Shown: positions 17,538-27,745 of the stretch, piece after piece | How positions within the stretch are numbered: position 1 is the first letter of the stretch | Layout of the letters: each line of letters opens with the position of its first letter | Source of the DNA: an uncultured Clostridia bacterium | GTDB lineage: Bacteria; Bacillota; Clostridia; TANB77; CAG-508 | Direction of reading: 5' to 3' | Assembly (NCBI GenBank): GCA_934101145.1 | Contig: CAKOPZ010000002.1 | Coordinates: 1 to 32,000, forward strand | DNA: 32,000 bases | Notes under the pieces: model-generated | Databases searched by the model: none | Seen by the model: the letters and a program-made list of their open reading frames with translations, nothing else | Told to the model about the DNA's origin: nothing | Translations under genes and position numbers: made by a program

Positions 17538-18601
17538 TATACAATTTCTCCTTTTTGCACATTATATAAGCTACAATCAATTGTTGAAAGATCAACTTTG
17601 TCTGTTCCTGTAATTATAACTTGAGTATTTTCAATATTCTCTAAAAAATTTTTTCTTCTTTTTTCATCTAGTTCAGACATAAAATCATCTAATAATAAAA
17701 TTGGATATTCCCCTATTTCATCATAAACTACATTTAATTCAGATAATTTAAGAGAAAGAATTACAGTTCTATTTTGTCCTTGAGAACCATAAACTCCAAC
17801 TTCTCTGTCATTTATATATATCACAAAATCATCTCTGTGTACACCTTTTGTTGTAAATCCTTTTATAATATCTAATTTTCTTCTTTCATTTAATATTTTT
17901 AAATATTCGTTTTTGTTACTACAATTTGATATATATTCAATTTTTAATTCTTCTTTTTCATCTGTTATTTTTTTATGAATATCATTTATTTTATTAATTA
18001 TTTTATCAACAAATTCTTTTCTGTATAAATAAACTTTTTCACCATATTCAGCAAGTTTTTCATCCCATATTTCAAGCATTTCTTGCGGTTTATTTAATTC
18101 TTTTATTTGTTTTAAATAATTATTTCTTTGATCTAAAGTTTGCATATATAAATTTAAATTATGAACATAATTCGGTCTTAGCTGTCCTATCATCATGTCT
18201 AAAAAACGTCTTCTACCTGCAGGGCCATCCTTCAAAATGTTAATATCTTCTGGTGTAAAAATAACAATATTAATATTTCCTAATAATTCACTTAATTTTT
18301 TTATTTTTATTCCATTAACATTAATTTGTTTTTTACTGCCTATTTCTATTCTTATTTTTCCATCTCTATCTTTTTTTTGAAAATTAGCTTCAACCATTAG
18401 TTTATCTTGTCCAAATTTAATAAGTTCTTTTTCTTTGCTTGTCCTAAATGATTTTCCAAAACTACTTAAAAATATAGCTTCCAAGATATTGGTTTTTCCT
18501 TGTGCATTATCTCCATAAATAATATTTATATTTTTATTAAATTGTATTTCTTGATTTTCATAATTTCTAAAATTAATTAATTTCATTTTATCAATGTACA
18601 T
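17537..18601 (-). CDS. recF: DNA replication and repair protein RecF
   Basis: Walker A GDNAQGKTNILEAI, signature GSQGQNRT, Walker B ILLLDDFMSELD. Confidence 0.93.
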
Positions 18602-18616
18602 ATTTTTTTCGTCCTT

Positions 18617-18670
18617 TTATCCACAAACCTCTTGAATATGAGATATACTTATCCACAAAATTGTGGATAA
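18617..18670. promoter_or_regulatory. Three perfect DnaA boxes between dnaN and recF
   Basis: TTATCCACA at 18617-18625 and 18649-18657, and TGTGGATAA at 18662-18670. The last two form an inverted pair. Confidence 0.75.
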
Positions 18671-18687
18671 GTTGTTGTTTTTGCACA

Positions 18688-19806
18688 TTATTCTTTCATT
18701 CTTATTGGAAGTACCATGTAAACGTAGTCTCCACCTTCTTCAACAGGTCTTATTATACATGGAGAAATACTTGAACCAAAATCAATATACACTTCTTGGT
18801 CATCTATTGCTCTAAATGCATCTAAGAAATATTTTGGATTAAATCCTGCCTCTAAATTTTTTCCTTCTGTTGAAATATACATTTCCTCTTTAGCATCACC
18901 TGTTTGGTTTGTACAAGAAATTGTTACTTTTCCTATATCTATATTAACTTTTACAGGATATTTTTTCTCTTTTTCAATACTTGATGAAGAAATTAAACTA
19001 ATTCTTTCAAAACATTCTTGAATAGCACTTTTATCAACTCTTATTCTTGTCTCCCAGTTCTCTGGAATAACACTACTGTAATTTAAAAACTCACCATCAA
19101 GAAGTCTTGTAACAATTTTACAATTTTCCATTTCAAATAATGCTTGATTTTTTGCAACTCCTATTTTTATTGTATCATATGAATCTAAAATAATTTTATT
19201 TATTTCATTTAATGTTCTACCAGGAATTACTGCTGTAAAATCATTTGTTTTAGATTGTAGAAATTTACTTTTCCATGCAAGTCTAAATCCATCAACAGCA
19301 ACTACATTTAATTTATTATTTTTAATTTCAAATAAACATCCTGTAAATATTGGTCTATTTTCTTCTGTACTTACAGCAAATATTGTTTTTCTAATCATTT
19401 CTTTTAAAGATGTTTGCTCAAGTTCAATAGAATTTTCAATACTTATTTTAGGAAGTTCTGGAAATTCATCTGGATTCATTGTAGCAAGTTTGTATAAAGA
19501 ACCTTCACATTCTATTACTAATAGATTTTTATCATCTAAAGAAATACTTATTTCAGAATCAGGTAATCTTCTTATTATTTCACTAAACATTATTGCATTA
19601 ACTACTGTTGCACCTTGTTCTTTTACTTCACAGTGAATAACATATTCGATTCCTATTTCTAAATCATATGTTGTTAATTTTACTTCATCATCATTTGTTT
19701 GAATTAATATTCCTTCTAGTACTGGCATTGTTGTCTTTGTTGCGACCGCTTTTGTTACGGAATTAATAGCTTTAAGGATATTGTCCTTTTCACAAACAAG
19801 TTTCAT
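18688..19806 (-). CDS. dnaN: DNA polymerase III beta sliding clamp
   Basis: 372 aa, MKLVCEKDNILKAINSVTKAV...MPVLEGILI, with three-domain clamp length and the position after dnaA. Confidence 0.95.
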   Translation of the reverse strand: MKLVCEKDNILKAINSVTKAVATKTTMPVLEGILIQTNDDEVKLTTYDLEIGIEYVIHCEVKEQGATVVNAIMFSEIIRRLPDSEISISLDDKNLLVIECEGSLYKLATMNPDEFPELPKISIENSIELEQTSLKEMIRKTIFAVSTEENRPIFTGCLFEIKNNKLNVVAVDGFRLAWKSKFLQSKTNDFTAVIPGRTLNEINKIILDSYDTIKIGVAKNQALFEMENCKIVTRLLDGEFLNYSSVIPENWETRIRVDKSAIQECFERISLISSSSIEKEKKYPVKVNIDIGKVTISCTNQTGDAKEEMYISTEGKNLEAGFNPKYFLDAFRAIDDQEVYIDFGSSISPCIIRPVEEGGDYVYMVLPIRMKE

Positions 19807-19823
19807 TTTGCATCTTTCTCCTT

Positions 19824-20035
19824 TATATATAATATAATAATTATAGTAGTAGTAGTAATAGGTACTGTGGATTGTGTGGAAAACTATGTGGAATACTTAT
19901 ATCCCTATGCTTTTTGATGTGGACAACTTCGTGGATAATTAACAAAGTTATCTACATCAAAAATTTTATTATGGGGATAACTGAGATATCAACATGTTAT
20001 CTACACATTATTCACATACATATGTGGATATCTAA
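19824..20035. other. oriC core: AT-rich unwinding stretch, DnaA-trios and a DnaA-box cluster
   Basis: AT-rich 19824-19843. TAG TAG TAG TAG TAA TAG at 19844-19861. About ten 9-mers with at most 2 mismatches to TTATCCACA: 19866, 19875, 19887, 19918, 19930, 19948, 19972, 19997, 20008 and 20023. Confidence 0.8.
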
Positions 20036-20132
20036 TGTAAGGCTTCCGTAAGTAAAACTAGGCTTCGATTTTCCAAACATAAATTTTTCAAACACTATTT
20101 TTAGAAAAACCTATTTTTCCTATTAATATAAA

Positions 20133-21476
20133 TTATTTGTCAGATTTTAATATGTTTTTCACACTTTCCACAATTCTTTTTGTGGTCATATCATCTTGCA
20201 TTTGTTTACTAATTTTATTGCAAGCATGAATTACTGTTGTATGATCTCTTTTTCCAAACCCTTCTCCTATCTTAGTTAGAGGAAGGTCTGCAAAGTTTCT
20301 ACATAGATACATCGCAATTTGCCTTGGAAATGTAATATCATTTGAACGTTTTACACCTTTTAATTCTTCTACTGTAACATTGAAATATTTTGCAACAGTT
20401 TCTTGAATTAAACCAATTGAAATTACCTTTTCCCTACTTATAACAACATCATTAATGGCTTTTTCTGCCATTTCCATTGTAATGTGTGTATTTGTAAGTG
20501 ATGCATTTGCAATTAATTTATTAAGTACTCCTTCAAGTTCTCTAATGTTTGAATCAATTTTAGTTGCTATATCACATAAAATATCATCATCTATTATAAT
20601 ATTGTCTAATTGAGCCTTTTTACGAAGGATTGCTAAACGTGTTTCATAATCTGGGTTTGAAATATCGGCAATTAATCCCCATTCAAATCTTGATTTTAAT
20701 CTATCTTCTAATAATTTTATATCTTTTGGTGGTCTATCACTAGAGATTATAATTTGTTTTCCACTTTCATGAAGTGTGTTAAATGTGTGGAAAAATTCTT
20801 CTTGTATACGTTCTTTTCCAGCTATAAATTGGATATCATCAATTAACAAAACATCAATATTTTGTCTATATTTATTTCTGAACATCTCCATTTTAGCGTC
20901 TTTGATAGCATTTACTAATTGATTTGTAAATTTCTCTGATGTTACATATACAATGTTTGCATTTCTGTTGTTTAACAGAATTTCATTAGCAATAGCATGC
21001 ATTAGGTGAGTTTTACCAAGGCCTACTCCACCATAAATAAATAGTGGATTGTATGCAGTAGCTGGTGCTTCTGCAACTGCTAAAGCTGCAGCATGTGCAA
21101 ATCTGTTATTATTTCCAACAACAAAAGAATCAAAAGTATATTTTGGATTTAGTGTAGAATTTGATATGCCAGAAAGATTATTATTCATCTGAATTGATGC
21201 TTCTGACTGTTCTTCTGCTACATCATCTTTTAATATTACTGATATTTCACAATTTTTGTTTGTAATATAATTAAAAGTATTTTTAAACAAATCGTGATAT
21301 CTTGAAATAATGGATTCTTTTTGGAAAGCGTTATTTGCAACTAGGACTACATTACCATCTTCAAAACTGTTAATTTCTAGGTCTCTAATCCAAGTTTCGT
21401 ATGAAATCTTTGTAACTTCATTTTTTAGAAGTTCTTTTGCTTTTGTTAAAAGTTCGTTTAATTCTTCTTTTTGCAT
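20133..21476 (-). CDS. dnaA: Chromosomal replication initiator DnaA
   Basis: Walker A GGVGLGKTHLMHAI, LLIDDIQF, and a C-terminal DnaA-box binding domain (DHTTVIHA). The ORF-track start at 21494 is a TTG. I prefer the ATG at 21476, 9 nt after GGAAGGA. Confidence 0.93.
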   Translation of the reverse strand: MQKEELNELLTKAKELLKNEVTKISYETWIRDLEINSFEDGNVVLVANNAFQKESIISRYHDLFKNTFNYITNKNCEISVILKDDVAEEQSEASIQMNNNLSGISNSTLNPKYTFDSFVVGNNNRFAHAAALAVAEAPATAYNPLFIYGGVGLGKTHLMHAIANEILLNNRNANIVYVTSEKFTNQLVNAIKDAKMEMFRNKYRQNIDVLLIDDIQFIAGKERIQEEFFHTFNTLHESGKQIIISSDRPPKDIKLLEDRLKSRFEWGLIADISNPDYETRLAILRKKAQLDNIIIDDDILCDIATKIDSNIRELEGVLNKLIANASLTNTHITMEMAEKAINDVVISREKVISIGLIQETVAKYFNVTVEELKGVKRSNDITFPRQIAMYLCRNFADLPLTKIGEGFGKRDHTTVIHACNKISKQMQDDMTTKRIVESVKNILKSDK

Positions 21477-21532
21477 CTTTTTCAATCCTTCCAAAATATA
21501 ATGTTTATATAAAAATGTATTAAATTATACAC

Positions 21533-21553
21533 TTATTCACATAGTTATCCACA
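21533..21553. promoter_or_regulatory. DnaA boxes upstream of dnaA
   Basis: TTATTCACA (21533-21541) and a perfect TTATCCACA (21545-21553). Confidence 0.6.
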
Positions 21554-21631
21554 ATATTGATATATAATATCAAAAAACAAAAAGCAAAGTCAATACAAAA
21601 AAAACTTTATTTAAAAAATATTCCATTTTTA

Positions 21632-21660
21632 TTGACATAATAAAAGAATTAAGATATAAT
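21632..21660 (+). promoter_or_regulatory. Consensus sigma-A promoter of rpmH
   Basis: TTGACA (21632-21637), 17 nt, TATAAT (21655-21660). Confidence 0.75.
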
Positions 21661-21719
21661 TATAAAGCTTATTAATGTAAAAATCCGTTTACGGTTAAAT
21701 ATATACAGGAGGTGCTAAA

Positions 21720-21854
21720 ATGAAAAGAACATATCAACCTAAAAAAAGACAAGAACAAAAAGAGCATGGTTTTATGAAAAGAATGAAAACTAGAGCAGGT
21801 AGAAATGTATTAAAAGCAAGACGTGCAAAAGGAAGAAAAAAATTAAGTGCGTAG
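21720..21854 (+). CDS. rpmH: 50S ribosomal protein L34
   Basis: Below the ORF-track size cutoff. Shine-Dalgarno [50 protein letters not shown] (44 aa). Confidence 0.95.
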   Translation: MKRTYQPKKRQEQKEHGFMKRMKTRAGRNVLKARRAKGRKKLSA

Positions 21855-21863
21855 GTTTTAAGA

Positions 21864-21889
21864 AGGTCACGAAATCTGTGGCCTTTTTT
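21864..21889 (+). terminator. Hairpin plus T-run between rpmH and rnpA (terminator or attenuator)
   Basis: AGGTCAC-GAAATCT-GTGGCCT followed by TTTTT. Confidence 0.5.
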
Positions 21890-21921
21890 GAAATTTCTTT
21901 AATCTAAAATGAGTGGTATAA

Positions 21922-22263
21922 ATGAGAAAAATAAAAACATTAAAAAAAAATTACGAATTTCAAAACGTTTTATCAAAAGGTAAATTTTATGTTGGCAAAC
22001 AGATAACTATATATATTTCAACAAATAAATTAGATGAAAATATTATTGGAATTGCTGTTTCAACAAAAGCATGTAATGCTGTAAAAAGGAATCACATAAA
22101 AAGACTTATACGTGAAAATTACAGATTGATAAAAAATGATTTGAAAAAAGGAAACAATATTGTATTTTTATGGAATAAAAAAGTAAAAGCTGAAGAGGCA
22201 AACTATTATACCATAAAGAAAGATATGAATAAATTGTTACAAAAGGCTAATTTATTATCATGA
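21922..22263 (+). CDS. rnpA: Ribonuclease P protein component
   Basis: 113 aa, basic, with an RNR-like motif [13 protein letters not shown], in the position after rpmH. Confidence 0.9.
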   Translation: MRKIKTLKKNYEFQNVLSKGKFYVGKQITIYISTNKLDENIIGIAVSTKACNAVKRNHIKRLIRENYRLIKNDLKKGNNIVFLWNKKVKAEEANYYTIKKDMNKLLQKANLLS

Positions 22264-22478
22264 AAAAAATATTTATAAAATTAATAAATGGATATCAAAG
22301 ATTTATTTCTCCCTTATTTAAAAGTGTGGGAGTAAATTGCAAATATTATCCAAGTTGTTCAGAATATATGAAACAGGCAATAATAAAATATGGCAGTATA
22401 AAGGGAATATATTTAGGAATAAAGAGAATATTAAGGTGTAATCCATCTTCAAAAGGTGGATATGACCCATTAAATTGA
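22260..22478 (+). CDS. yidD: Membrane protein insertion efficiency factor YidD
   Basis: ISPLF...[10 protein letters not shown] motif. ATGA overlap with the rnpA stop. Confidence 0.9.
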   Translation: MKKIFIKLINGYQRFISPLFKSVGVNCKYYPSCSEYMKQAIIKYGSIKGIYLGIKRILRCNPSSKGGYDPLN

Positions 22479-22488
22479 TGGAGGATAT

Positions 22489-23373
22489 ATGGGAATTATA
22501 TCAGAATTATTTGGCTATTTATTAAATGCACTTTATGAGTTATTTAATAATTATGGTATTGCGATAATTGTGTTTTCTGTAATATTAAGAATTATCTTGA
22601 TACCAATAACAATAAAACAGCAAAAATCAATGAAGAAATCAGCAGAACTTCAAGAAGAAATGAAAGAGATTTCTAAAAAATATAAGAACAATCCAGAAAA
22701 ATTAAATCAGGAAACAATTGAGTTATATAAAAGAGAAAAAATGAGTCCTTTTAGTGGATGTTTAAGCTCAATTGTACAAATACTTATAATTTTATCTGTA
22801 TTTTGGCTTGTAAGCCAACCATTAACATATATGAAAAGATTAAATGATGTTCCATATGATTCAAATAATACAGAATCAAACCAAAGTGTTGTAGAATATT
22901 ATAAGAATAGATTACAACAAGAAAGTGAAAATCAAAAATCAGCATATTCAGAAATAGCAATAATTAATAAATATGCTGCAGAAGATGAAAGAGTTTCACT
23001 AAACATGGAATTTTTAGGACTTGATTTAAGTAAGGTCCCAGGAGATAATTTAAGTGATTGGAAAGTATATGTAATTCCTGCACTATATGTAATTTCTTCT
23101 GTAATTTCAATAAAAATTACTACAAATATGAGCAAAAAGAAAAATGAAGAAGCTATTAAAACAAATGAAAATTCTGAAAATAATGAGATGGAAGCTATGG
23201 AGGCAATGAATAAAAATATGACATATATGATGCCAATCATGTCAGTATTTATTGCGTTTATAGCACCACTTGGACTTGCTTTATATTGGTTTGTTAGTAA
23301 TTTGTTAATGATTGTTGAAAAAATTATAATAGACAAGATTATGAAACATAAGGAGGAAAAAGAAAATGCCTAA
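22489..23373 (+). CDS. yidC: YidC/Oxa1-family membrane insertase
   Basis: IAIIVFSVILRIILIPITIKQQKS and a C-terminal PLGLALYWFVSNLL motif. Confidence 0.9.
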   Translation: MGIISELFGYLLNALYELFNNYGIAIIVFSVILRIILIPITIKQQKSMKKSAELQEEMKEISKKYKNNPEKLNQETIELYKREKMSPFSGCLSSIVQILIILSVFWLVSQPLTYMKRLNDVPYDSNNTESNQSVVEYYKNRLQQESENQKSAYSEIAIINKYAAEDERVSLNMEFLGLDLSKVPGDNLSDWKVYVIPALYVISSVISIKITTNMSKKKNEEAIKTNENSENNEMEAMEAMNKNMTYMMPIMSVFIAFIAPLGLALYWFVSNLLMIVEKIIIDKIMKHKEEKENA

Positions 23374-24049
23374 AAGTATTATAGCAGAGGGAAAGACAAC
23401 TAATGAAGCAATTTCTAATGGTTTAAAACAACTAAATGTTTCAAAAGAAAGTGTAGATATAAAAGTATTAGAAAATAGTGAAAAAAGAAGTTTTTTTAGT
23501 ATTTTAGCTCCAAGAGTTGTAAAAGTGGAGTTAACATTAAAAGAAGAATCAGAAATTAAACATAAAATTGCAGAAAATAAAACAGAAGCAAATCAGGAAG
23601 ATATTGTGGCAGCAACATCAAATATTGAAAAATTTTTATCAGACTTTTCAAAAAGTTTCGAAGGTATAACATATACAGTATCATATGAAAATGATTTCTT
23701 AAATGTAAAAATTGATGGGGGAAATGCTTCAAAATTGATAGGATATAGGGGAGATGTTTTAAATTCCTTGCAAACTATCTTAAACTCAATTGCGAGCAAA
23801 CACTTAGAATCAAGGGTAAGAGTTATTTTAAATATAGGAAACTATAAAGAAAAAAGAGAAAAAGCTTTAGAAGAGCTAGCTGATAAAGTTTCAAAAACAG
23901 TATTAAAAACTGGCAAATCGATAACGTTAGAACCAATGGTTGCATATGAAAGAAAAATAATACATAATAGATTACAACAAAATAGTCTTGTTAGAACATA
24001 TAGCATTGGTGATGAACCATATAGAAAAGTTGTTATAGCAAAAAAATAA
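23366..24049 (+). CDS. jag: Jag/KhpB RNA-binding protein (Jag_N, KH, R3H)
   Basis: N-terminal EGKTTNEAISNGLKQL, KH-like GYRGDVLNSLQ, and R3H ERKIIHNRLQ. Confidence 0.88.
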   Translation: MPKSIIAEGKTTNEAISNGLKQLNVSKESVDIKVLENSEKRSFFSILAPRVVKVELTLKEESEIKHKIAENKTEANQEDIVAATSNIEKFLSDFSKSFEGITYTVSYENDFLNVKIDGGNASKLIGYRGDVLNSLQTILNSIASKHLESRVRVILNIGNYKEKREKALEELADKVSKTVLKTGKSITLEPMVAYERKIIHNRLQQNSLVRTYSIGDEPYRKVVIAKK

Positions 24050-24141
24050 ATAAAGATTAATCTGAAGTCAAAGTGAGGAGAAATCGTAGAAATACAGGTT
24101 TTACTCTATCTTTGGCTTCTTTTTTTGAAAAGGAGGATATT

Positions 24142-25524
24142 ATGAGTACTACTATTGCAGCAATAGCTACAGCTACAGGTACTGGGAGTGTTGGAATAAT
24201 TAGAATGAGCGGAAAAGATTGCTTTAAAGTCCTAAAAAAAATATTTATTCCTAAAAATAAAAGCATTTCTATTGATGAAATACCAGGATACACAATTAAA
24301 TATGGACATATTATTGATAGCGAAACAAAAGAAGTAATAGATGAGGTATTAGTCTCATTTTTTAAAAGCCCAAAGAGTTATACTACTGAGAATATGTGTG
24401 AAATTAATTCTCATGGAGGAACTTTGGTAGAGCAAAGGATATTGGAACAATGCTTATTAAATGGCGCAGATATGGCTGAACCAGGGGAATTTACAAAAAG
24501 AGCTTTTTTAAATGGAAGAATAGATCTTGCACAAGCAGAATCTGTTATGGATATTATAAATGCAAAAACGGATAAGGAAGCCAAAGCATCACTTAGTCAA
24601 TTAGAAGGAAATTTATCTAAGTGCATTACAGAAATACGAAAAGATTTACTGGATATGATGGCAGATATAGAAGCATCTATTGATTATCCAGAATATGATG
24701 TGCCAGAACTTTCAAATGAAAAAGCAGTTGAAAGACTATCAGAAATTAAAATTAAGCTTAAAGACTTGGAAGATAGCTTTCAAAATGGAAAAATCTTAAA
24801 AGATGGAGTAAAAACGGTTATTGTAGGAAAGCCTAATGCTGGTAAATCATCACTTTTAAACATAATGCTTAATGAAGAAAGAGCAATTGTAAGCAGTCAA
24901 GCTGGAACAACAAGAGATACAATAGAAGAATTTATAAAAATAAAGGGAATTCCTTTAAAAATAATTGATACAGCAGGAATAAGAAATACAAAAGATGAAA
25001 TAGAAGCAATAGGTGTAAAGAAAGCAATAAGTTTAATTGATGATGCAGATTTAGTAATTGCAATTTTTGATGAATCAAAAGATATTGATGAAGAAGATGA
25101 AAGAGTAATAAATTTGATAAAAAACAAAAAAACAATTATATTGCTAAATAAATGCGATTTAAGCAAAAAAAGTAAAAAAACGATAAATTATATGTCTAAA
25201 ATAAATAAAACGGTTATAGAGGCTTCTATGAGGTCGAAAAAAGGAATAGACGAGCTTTATAATACTATACAAAAAATGTTCCAAGTTGGAGAAGTAGAAA
25301 TTGGCAAAGATATTATAATTACGAATATAAGACATAAAAATCAAATACATAAAGCATATGAAAGCATAGAAAAAGCAATAGATACAGTAAATATGGGAAT
25401 GCCAATAGATATAATTGCAGTTGAAATAAAGCAGACATTGGAAAATTTGGGAAGTATAACAGGAGATAATGTATCTGAAGATATTATAAATGAAATATTT
25501 TCAAAATTTTGCTTAGGAAAATAA
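24142..25524 (+). CDS. mnmE: tRNA modification GTPase MnmE
   Basis: I prefer the ATG at 24142 (AGGAGG 5 nt upstream) to the ORF-track start at 24073. G1 motif GKPNAGKSSLLN, DTAGIR, NKCD, and the C-terminal FCLGK. Confidence 0.93.
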   Translation: MSTTIAAIATATGTGSVGIIRMSGKDCFKVLKKIFIPKNKSISIDEIPGYTIKYGHIIDSETKEVIDEVLVSFFKSPKSYTTENMCEINSHGGTLVEQRILEQCLLNGADMAEPGEFTKRAFLNGRIDLAQAESVMDIINAKTDKEAKASLSQLEGNLSKCITEIRKDLLDMMADIEASIDYPEYDVPELSNEKAVERLSEIKIKLKDLEDSFQNGKILKDGVKTVIVGKPNAGKSSLLNIMLNEERAIVSSQAGTTRDTIEEFIKIKGIPLKIIDTAGIRNTKDEIEAIGVKKAISLIDDADLVIAIFDESKDIDEEDERVINLIKNKKTIILLNKCDLSKKSKKTINYMSKINKTVIEASMRSKKGIDELYNTIQKMFQVGEVEIGKDIIITNIRHKNQIHKAYESIEKAIDTVNMGMPIDIIAVEIKQTLENLGSITGDNVSEDIINEIFSKFCLGK

Positions 25525-25738
25525 AATGTTTCGCAACATTTTATATGCTTAAATAGATTATAAAACGCCATCAAATAACAGTAAAAAAAATGGTAAAAAA
25601 TCAATGAAAAACAAACAACCAAAATGACAAACATATAAAACACAGAACAAAATATTAAATTTTACCTATTGGTAAATATAGACATATCAAGGGTTTGATA
25701 AAATAGGAAAAATATAGACTGACAAAAAGACAAACTGT

Positions 25739-25755
25739 TGTCGAAAAATGTCGAA
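25739..25755 (+). promoter_or_regulatory. Tandem perfect Spo0A-type 0A boxes with a 3-bp spacer
   Basis: TGTCGAA-AAA-TGTCGAA (25739-25745 and 25749-25755), about 95 nt upstream of the mnmG ATG. Confidence 0.4.
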
Positions 25756-25849
25756 GATATTTTACAAGTAGAAATAAAGCGAAAACAAATTCGTAGTAAA
25801 AATGGTACGTTTCGCAGATAACGAGTAAATAACATATAGGAGGTAAATA

Positions 25850-27730
25850 ATGAAATATAATGCAGGAAAATATGATGTTGCAGTAATAGGAGCAGGACAT
25901 GCAGGATGTGAAGCAGCACTTGCGTCAGCAAGAATGGGATTTAAGACACTTCTATTTTCAATAAGCTTGGAGGCAGTGGCAAATATGCCATGTAATCCAC
26001 ACATAGGAGGAAGTTCAAAAGGTCATTTAGTTAAAGAATTAGATTGCTTAGGTGGAGAAATGGGAAAAAATATAGATAAAACATATACTCAACTAAGAAT
26101 GCTTAACACATCAAAAGGACCAGCAGTTTATTCTTTAAGAGCTCAAGCTGATAGAAAAAGATATCAAATGGAAATGAAACATACTTTGGAGAAACAAAAA
26201 AATTTATATTTAAAACAAGCTGAAATTGTAGACATAGGTGTAGAAGATGGAAAAGTGGTATCTGTTGAAACAAATATTGGTGCAATATATGAAGTAAAAA
26301 ATGTTATACTTGCAACAGGTACATATTTAAAAGGAAAAATATATATTGGAGAGACATCTTTTGAAAGTGGCCCAGATGGAGTATTCCCAGCTGTTAAATT
26401 ATCAGATGTTCTAAAGAAAATAGGAATTAATTTAGTAAGATTTAAGACTGGAACTCCAGCTAGAATCAATAAAAATAGTATAGATTTTTCTAAAATGGAA
26501 ATACAAGAAGGAGACAAACACCCAGAAGCATTTTCATTTGAGGATACAATAGATGATACAAAAGAACAATTACCATGTTATCTTACATATACAACAAAGG
26601 AAACACATGATATTATAAGAGCAAATTTACATAGATCACCACTTTATAGCGGCGAAATAACGGGTACAGGGCCTAGATATTGCCCTTCAATAGAGGATAA
26701 AGTTGTAAGATTTGCTGATAAAGAGAGACATCAAATATTCGTTGAACCAATAGGAAAAGATACCGATGAAATGTATATTCAAGGAATGAGTTCATCACTT
26801 CCAGAAGATGTACAAATCGCTATGTACCGCACCATTCCTGGGCTTGAGCACGCAGAGTTTACACGCCCTGCATATGCAATAGAATATGATTGTATAGAAC
26901 CTTCTGAACTGAAATTATCACTAGAACATAAAAAAATTGATGGAATGTTCTTTGCTGGGCAAATAAATGGTACATCAGGATATGAAGAGGCAGCAGTTCA
27001 AGGAATAATTGCAGGAATTAATAGTGGAAGAAAGCTACAAGGCAAAAAGCCTGTAATTTTAGACCGTTCACAGGCATATATTGGTGTATTAATTGATGAT
27101 ATTGTTACAAAAGGTACAAATGAACCATATAGAATGATGACTTCAAGGGCTGAATATAGGCTACTTTTAAGGCAGGATAATGCAGATTTAAGACTCACAG
27201 AAATAGGACATGAAGTTGGACTTATTTCAGATGAAAGATATAGTAAGTTTTTAGATAAAAAGAATAAAATTGAGCAAGAAATCGATAGATTAAAGAAAAA
27301 AACAATAAAACCAACAGAAAAAGTTAATGAATTTCTAAGAAAATATGGTTCTTCGGAAATATCAAATGGAGTAAAACTTAGCGATTTACTAAAAAGAACA
27401 GAACTTACATATGAAGATATGTCAGAAATAGATGACGAAAGACCAGAATTACCAAGGGATGTAGCTCAAGAAGTAGAAATTCAAGTAAAATATGAGGGAT
27501 ATATAAAATTACAAGAAGAGCAAGTAGAAAAATTTAAAAAATTAGAGAAAAAACTATTACCAGAAGACATTTGTTATAATGATATTAAAGGTTTAAGAAT
27601 AGAAGCAAGACAAAAACTTGATAAAATAAAACCAACTTCAGTTGGCCAAGCATCAAGAATATCAGGGGTTTCACCAGCTGATGTATCAGTACTTTTAATT
27701 TATTTGGAACAATTGAAAGAAGAAAAATAA
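25850..27730 (+). CDS. mnmG: tRNA uridine 5-carboxymethylaminomethyl modification enzyme MnmG (GidA)
   Basis: Shine-Dalgarno AGGAGG. FAD motif [23 protein letters not shown], and [16 protein letters not shown]. Confidence 0.96.
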   Translation: MKYNAGKYDVAVIGAGHAGCEAALASARMGFKTLLFSISLEAVANMPCNPHIGGSSKGHLVKELDCLGGEMGKNIDKTYTQLRMLNTSKGPAVYSLRAQADRKRYQMEMKHTLEKQKNLYLKQAEIVDIGVEDGKVVSVETNIGAIYEVKNVILATGTYLKGKIYIGETSFESGPDGVFPAVKLSDVLKKIGINLVRFKTGTPARINKNSIDFSKMEIQEGDKHPEAFSFEDTIDDTKEQLPCYLTYTTKETHDIIRANLHRSPLYSGEITGTGPRYCPSIEDKVVRFADKERHQIFVEPIGKDTDEMYIQGMSSSLPEDVQIAMYRTIPGLEHAEFTRPAYAIEYDCIEPSELKLSLEHKKIDGMFFAGQINGTSGYEEAAVQGIIAGINSGRKLQGKKPVILDRSQAYIGVLIDDIVTKGTNEPYRMMTSRAEYRLLLRQDNADLRLTEIGHEVGLISDERYSKFLDKKNKIEQEIDRLKKKTIKPTEKVNEFLRKYGSSEISNGVKLSDLLKRTELTYEDMSEIDDERPELPRDVAQEVEIQVKYEGYIKLQEEQVEKFKKLEKKLLPEDICYNDIKGLRIEARQKLDKIKPTSVGQASRISGVSPADVSVLLIYLEQLKEEK

Positions 27731-27745
27731 TATATGTGAGGTAAA

